Of a stretch of DNA of 64,000 nucleotides, positions 59,434 to 64,000 are shown piece after piece (the first letter of the stretch is position 1; each line of letters opens with the position of its first letter). Position numbers and translations under genes: made by a program. The stretch lies in NCBI GenBank assembly GCA_026396275.1, contig JAPLXC010000004.1, forward strand, positions 1,193 to 65,192. The letters run 5' to 3'. The stretch is from Candidatus Moraniibacteriota bacterium (lineage in GTDB: Bacteria > Patescibacteriota > Minisyncoccia > Moranbacterales > JAPLXC01). The notes beneath the pieces are model-generated. The model was not told where the DNA came from. It worked only from the letters and a program-made list of their open reading frames with translations, and did not search any database.

Positions 59434-59745
59434 ATGGACCAATTATCCGACAGCCAGAATCCGGCCGTCAAGCAATTAATCAAAGAGCTGGGCATAGAAA
59501 AACTTCCCCAGGACGCCCAAAGCGACATAATTATCAAAGCGTCAGAAGCGCTTCTCAAGAGAATTTTTCTGGAAACGATGGAACAGTTGGGCGAAGAAAG
59601 CCGGACCCAGTACGAAAAGATGATTATTGACGGCGCCTCGCCGGCCCAAATGGAAGAATTTCTGAAAGCCAGCATTCCAAATTACGAAGGGGTTGTCCAA
59701 AAAGTAATCGATGAGTTTAAAGAGGAAATAAAAGGTAATTTATAA
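59434..59745 (+). CDS. Small acidic helical hypothetical protein (DUF5663-like)
   Basis: ELGIEKLP..Q, IPNY...V.....EFK pattern. Confidence 0.6.
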   Translation: MDQLSDSQNPAVKQLIKELGIEKLPQDAQSDIIIKASEALLKRIFLETMEQLGEESRTQYEKMIIDGASPAQMEEFLKASIPNYEGVVQKVIDEFKEEIKGNL

Positions 59746-59820
59746 CTTAATAACTTAACTGCCTGACTGCCCACAACTCAATTTCAAAGTTTCCGGTTGT
59801 AGGTTGTTAGCGCTTAGTTT

Positions 59821-60255
59821 ATGTCCAACCTCGAACCAATTGAAGAAAAAGATCTTAACATAGAGGGAAAATTCAAAGGCGAGAAAAAAGAGACGCCTCA
59901 ACCAGAGGCAGAAAAAGAAATTTTTAAAATTGAAAAAGAAACGCCGCCTGAAACAAACCCGGCTGAAAAAGAGGGCGCTTACGGAAAAATACTTTCTAAA
60001 ATAAAACAATTGGGCCAGCCGGTTTTAGGCGAGGAAGAAATAAAATCCGACGCCGAGAGTGTTTTTCAAAAGAACGACGCCCAGAGCCAAATCCAGCATC
60101 TGGTGGACATAGCATTGCAAAAAGGAGTAGTCCACGCGGTAAAAGTGGCCAGTCACCTGGAAAATAATTATGTGCTGGATATGTTTCATGATAAACTGCT
60201 AGCAGATGAGCTCCACAAGGCGCTTACTGAAAAAGGACTGATAAAAGATCTGTAA
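59821..60255 (+). CDS. Hypothetical protein
   Basis: A..KG...AV..A......Y.LD.FHD.L motif, in operon with ATPase. Confidence 0.65.
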   Translation: MSNLEPIEEKDLNIEGKFKGEKKETPQPEAEKEIFKIEKETPPETNPAEKEGAYGKILSKIKQLGQPVLGEEEIKSDAESVFQKNDAQSQIQHLVDIALQKGVVHAVKVASHLENNYVLDMFHDKLLADELHKALTEKGLIKDL

Positions 60256-60291
60256 ATTGTAAGAAAGTAAAACAAAAATAGCAACAAAAAA

Positions 60292-62781
60292 ATGTTTCCC
60301 TTTGATCTCAACGCGATTTTTATCCCAGCTGTTGCGCTTTTGTCACTGGCAGTGTTTACCAGCGGCGCTTATTTGATGTTTCGCAGCTTTTTTCTTTTCC
60401 GGGCCCAGATCAGTCGTTCTATAAACACGGACTTGGAAGTAGTGCGGGTGTCCCGGCTGATGATAAAGAAAGAGGAACAAGTGAAAGAAGGATGGAAGGA
60501 GGAAATCGGGGCGATGGAACAGCTCTTAACCACACTTTCAAATGTAAAAGAAAGGAAATCATTTTTTTTCCGCTTTCTTTATGACGAACCGAGCATTGTG
60601 TTGGAAATCGCCAAGCCCGCCCAAAGCGAAGAAATATTTTTCTACATTGCCATTCCCAAAAAGTTCAGAGAATCCGTGGAAAAGCAAATCCACGCCTATT
60701 TTCCCAATGCGTCGCTCGAAAAAGTTCCCGATTACACCATTTTTTCCCCAGTTGGCTTTACGGCGGCGGCGGTGCTCACGCTTAAAAACAAATCAGCCCT
60801 TCCCTTCAAGACCTATGAGACAATGGAAGTTGATCCGCTTAATGAACTTTCCAATGCTCTTAGCAAGTTAAAAACTGAAGAAGAAGGAGCGGCCATCCAA
60901 ATTGTGCTTCGGCCGGCCGGCTTGCAGTGGAAAAGCTTCGGCCGGACAATCGCCCATAAAATGCAGCAGGGGAAACGCCTAAGGGATGTTTACTCGCCGT
61001 CTCTTGCCAGAAACTTAAGTAAGGAATTGCGGGGAATGATGGCTAGCACCAGCCAGAAAGAATTTTCTCAAAAAGAAAGAGAGGTAATTCAGCTTACCCC
61101 CGAAGAGCAGGAGCTTATCAAATCAATTGAAAGAAAGTCCAATAAAGTCGGATTCCGGGTTAATATCCGCCTGCTGTCGGCCGCGGCAACTCAACAAAAA
61201 GCCGAAGAAATCCTCTCTCATCTGGAAAACGCCTTTATTCAATTTGAAAACTCTGACATTAATCATCTGGTGGTGAAAAAAAGAGTCAAGGCAAAACGAA
61301 TTGCTTTTAATTACATCTTCAGGGAGTTTAGCGAGCAAGATTCAATTATTCTCAACACCGAAGAAATAGCCAGTATCTATCATTTTCCTATTTCCACCAC
61401 CGAAACGCCGAAAATAAAATGGCTCAAGGCCGGCGCGGCTCCGCCTCCGCCCAACATTCCCGCAAGCGGGATTCTTTTGGGCTACAACGATTATCGCGGG
61501 ATGAAAACGGACATTCGCCTGGCGGAAGATGATCGCCGCCGCCACTTGTATGTTGTCGGGCAGACCGGCACCGGAAAATCCGCCTTTCTTCAGGAAATGG
61601 CTAAGCAGGATGTGAAGAGCGGAAAAGGAGTATGCTTTATTGATCCTCACGGGGATGCGGTGGCTGATATTCTGACGGCCGTGCCCAAAGAACGGGCTGA
61701 AGATGTGATCTTTTTTGATCCTTCCGACAGTGAGCGCCCCTTCGGGCTCAATATGCTGGAATACGACCGCCCGGAGCAGAAAACGTTCGTGATTAATGAG
61801 ATGATTAATATCTTTGACAAACTTTATGATTTGAAACAGACCGGTGGGCCGATGTTTGAACAGTATATGCGAAACGCCATGCTGCTGGTGATGGAAGATC
61901 CGGCTTCCGGGTCAACGCTTATGGAAATTCCCAAGGTTCTGGCCGACGAAAAATTCAGAAGGATGAAGCTGGCCAAATGCGCCAATCCGGTAGTAAGTGA
62001 CTTCTGGCTTAAGGAAGCGGAGAAAGCCGGCGGGGAAGCGGCGCTGGCCAATATGGTGCCCTACATCACTTCCAAACTAACCCAGTTCATCGCCAATGAC
62101 CTGATGCGTCCCATTATCGCCCAGCAGAAAAGCACTCTGAACTTCCGCCAAATTATGGACGAGAAAAAGATTCTTCTCATTAATCTTTCCAAGGGCAAGA
62201 TCGGCGAAATGAACAGCTATCTTTTGGGAATGGTGATCGTGGGAAAAATTCTGATGTCGGCTCTTTCCCGGGTGGATATTCCCGAGAGTGAAAGAGGGGA
62301 CTTTTACCTTTACATTGATGAATTTCAAAACGTGACAACCGATTCCATTTCTCAAATTCTCTCTGAAGCCCGCAAGTACCGCCTCAATCTCACCATGGCT
62401 CATCAGTTTATCGGGCAGCTGCGTGAGGAAATTTCCAAAGCGGTCTTTGGAAACGTGGGATCAATTTGCGCTTTTCGGGTCGGACCGGAGGACGCGGAAT
62501 TTTTGGAAAAGCAATTTGCGCCGATATTCACCGTCAATGATCTAGTAAACGCCGACAATTATAATTGCTTCGTGCGTCTTTTAATTAGCAATGAATCCAC
62601 CAAGCCCTTCAATATGAAGACCTATCCGCCTACCGGCGGCGACCAGGAGGTTGCCAACCATCTCAAAGAACTCTCCCGCCTCAAATACGGCCGCGACGCG
62701 CAAATTGTCAACCGCGAGATTCTGGAACGGATAAAACTGGCCAACACGCCCGGCGAGAACGAACACCTCCCGGCTTTGTAA
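60292..62781 (+). CDS. VirD4/TraD/HerA-type P-loop ATPase with N-terminal TM
   Basis: RRHLYVVGQTGTGKS, IDPHGD, LYIDEFQN, SEARKY, HQF..QL. Confidence 0.85.
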   Translation: MFPFDLNAIFIPAVALLSLAVFTSGAYLMFRSFFLFRAQISRSINTDLEVVRVSRLMIKKEEQVKEGWKEEIGAMEQLLTTLSNVKERKSFFFRFLYDEPSIVLEIAKPAQSEEIFFYIAIPKKFRESVEKQIHAYFPNASLEKVPDYTIFSPVGFTAAAVLTLKNKSALPFKTYETMEVDPLNELSNALSKLKTEEEGAAIQIVLRPAGLQWKSFGRTIAHKMQQGKRLRDVYSPSLARNLSKELRGMMASTSQKEFSQKEREVIQLTPEEQELIKSIERKSNKVGFRVNIRLLSAAATQQKAEEILSHLENAFIQFENSDINHLVVKKRVKAKRIAFNYIFREFSEQDSIILNTEEIASIYHFPISTTETPKIKWLKAGAAPPPPNIPASGILLGYNDYRGMKTDIRLAEDDRRRHLYVVGQTGTGKSAFLQEMAKQDVKSGKGVCFIDPHGDAVADILTAVPKERAEDVIFFDPSDSERPFGLNMLEYDRPEQKTFVINEMINIFDKLYDLKQTGGPMFEQYMRNAMLLVMEDPASGSTLMEIPKVLADEKFRRMKLAKCANPVVSDFWLKEAEKAGGEAALANMVPYITSKLTQFIANDLMRPIIAQQKSTLNFRQIMDEKKILLINLSKGKIGEMNSYLLGMVIVGKILMSALSRVDIPESERGDFYLYIDEFQNVTTDSISQILSEARKYRLNLTMAHQFIGQLREEISKAVFGNVGSICAFRVGPEDAEFLEKQFAPIFTVNDLVNADNYNCFVRLLISNESTKPFNMKTYPPTGGDQEVANHLKELSRLKYGRDAQIVNREILERIKLANTPGENEHLPAL

Positions 62782-62799
62782 CAAAAGGATTCCCAAACA

Positions 62800-62831
62800 A
62801 AAATTCCTAAAGTCCGGCTTTAGGGATTTTT
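62800..62831. terminator. Bidirectional terminator
   Basis: aaaattcctaaag-tccgg-ctttagggatttt. Confidence 0.7.
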
Positions 62832-62894
62832 AAGGTTTCTTACGTTACACTTTATTCCGATCTGGGTGAAGTGTATTAAAAGAATTTACAAATA

Positions 62895-64000
62895 TTATTG
62901 CAAGTTAAGAAAAACCGCTCCACCTTCAGCGGTTATGAAGTAGGCCTTGTTATTTTTGGGATCAATTGAGAGCTGACGGGCGCCTTTGAGAAATTCGTGA
63001 TAGTACTGGGAAATTATTTCTCCGTTTTTCCTCAGCACCACCAGCCGGGAATTGGAAATGTCAAGAACGTATAATTTTTCCATCTGGCGGGTGGTTGCCA
63101 CTTTATCAAAGTGAATGGGTGTGGCGCTTTTTTCCACTGCCAGCTCCTGCTTTTTTCCCCGAAACAACTTTACCAGTTCCGCCCCGGTGGCAAGGTACAC
63201 ATTTTCATCTATGGCGATATCTTCCGCATCACCGAGATTCATCTCTTCTTTTAACCAGTTGGTTTTGGGCCCGAATCCGCCCTCCGCGCGGGGGTAACGG
63301 TATATTTGGTTAGAATTGACGTCAACCAGATAAAGATAGGTAAGATACGAAGCCAAAGATTGAACCTTGGCGTTTTCCGGTATCCCAATTTTATTCTCTT
63401 TAATATCGCGGGAAATGGTGCCAAAGGAGAAAATTTTGTTTCGATCAGTGAGAAGAAAAATCAGTTTAAGGTCCTCCATATAAGTTGAGTCTAGAACATT
63501 TCCGGCTTCTTGAGGCAGAGAAAATTCGCTGGTGCCGCCGTTTTCCTCCCGCTGAATTATTTTTTGCGGCGCGATAAGGAAAAGATTATTATTAGAAAAT
63601 TCGGCGGTGGTTATTTTTTCACTAACAGGAATTACCTCCACCCCGGCGGAAAGATTGATATTTTTATCAGCGGCTAGAACTTCCCGCTGGCTTTTTTCCT
63701 GCGGCACGGCGGGAGGGAAAGTACTTCTTTTATTTTTTATGCCGATTATTACCAGCGGGACGATTAAAATAGCCAGAAGGATAAGGATTCCGTACAGGCG
63801 CTGCTGATAAGTCAGGACGGAAAATGCAGATCTCGCTTTTTTGAGATCAGGAAGAAACTGGCGGGTTTTTTCGCGGAAAGCAGTCAGGGTTACTTTTCCG
63901 AAAGGCGCAAAAATTTTATCCTTCACCTTTTCCGGGCGCTCTGCTGCTTGAGGCGGGGCTGGCGGAATATCAAGCGAATCTTTTCTTCTGGGTCTAAGGC
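62895..64000 (-). CDS. Membrane protein with C-terminal beta-propeller-like domain (5' end outside window)
   Basis: Frame open to window end; one TM; repeated YLYLVD/LYVLD blade motifs. Confidence 0.65.
   Translation of the reverse strand, partial: LRPRRKDSLDIPPAPPQAAERPEKVKDKIFAPFGKVTLTAFREKTRQFLPDLKKARSAFSVLTYQQRLYGILILLAILIVPLVIIGIKNKRSTFPPAVPQEKSQREVLAADKNINLSAGVEVIPVSEKITTAEFSNNNLFLIAPQKIIQREENGGTSEFSLPQEAGNVLDSTYMEDLKLIFLLTDRNKIFSFGTISRDIKENKIGIPENAKVQSLASYLTYLYLVDVNSNQIYRYPRAEGGFGPKTNWLKEEMNLGDAEDIAIDENVYLATGAELVKLFRGKKQELAVEKSATPIHFDKVATTRQMEKLYVLDISNSRLVVLRKNGEIISQYYHEFLKGARQLSIDPKNNKAYFITAEGGAVFLNLQ

Noticed and set aside
1-64000. CRISPR array, DGR, prophage, intein, alternative genetic code
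   Set aside because: No regularly spaced 25-40 bp repeats, reverse transcriptase, phage structural genes or intein motifs seen; TGA acts as stop in conserved genes (tgt, dut)

Overview
Chromosomal window of an AT-rich, gene-dense bacterium. The gene content (small-genome housekeeping set, PsbP-like and DUF11-like surface proteins, VirD4/TraD-like ATPase, PMT-type glycosyltransferases, mostly SD-less genes, code 11) points to Patescibacteria/CPR (Parcubacteria); this is inferred, not searched. Most genes are housekeeping: recO', tgt, folD, leuS, tsaC, glmS, uppP, secE-nusG-rplK-rplA, a thymidylate cluster, gatB, miaA/B, thrS, dnaE, rnhB, rpmF-nusB-rnc, murD, murA, mreB, holB, ftsQ-like. The unusual signal lies below gene scale. 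(1) A small palindromic element with fixed junctions (CAC|CCYG...CGGGGCAAGY, no target duplication) is inserted three times. One copy breaks a tRNA-Ile gene while carrying a different, intact tRNA-Ile inside itself, one frameshifts an old gatB 5' end that is followed by a replacement gatB, and one sits in frame within gatB. (2) Several other palindrome and 7-9 bp tandem-repeat families are written in frame into essential proteins and into spacers. (3) A set of ORFan cassettes has a boxA-like motif, strong SD and terminator, including a tract with six SD motifs, a Cys-rich peptide and two possible Sm-like proteins. (4) LeuRS carries an inserted nucleotidyltransferase domain. (5) The dTMP pathway is duplicated (dUTPase-dCMP deaminase fusion, second thymidylate synthase). 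No CRISPR array, rRNA, transposase or prophage was seen. All product calls come from motif recognition by eye.
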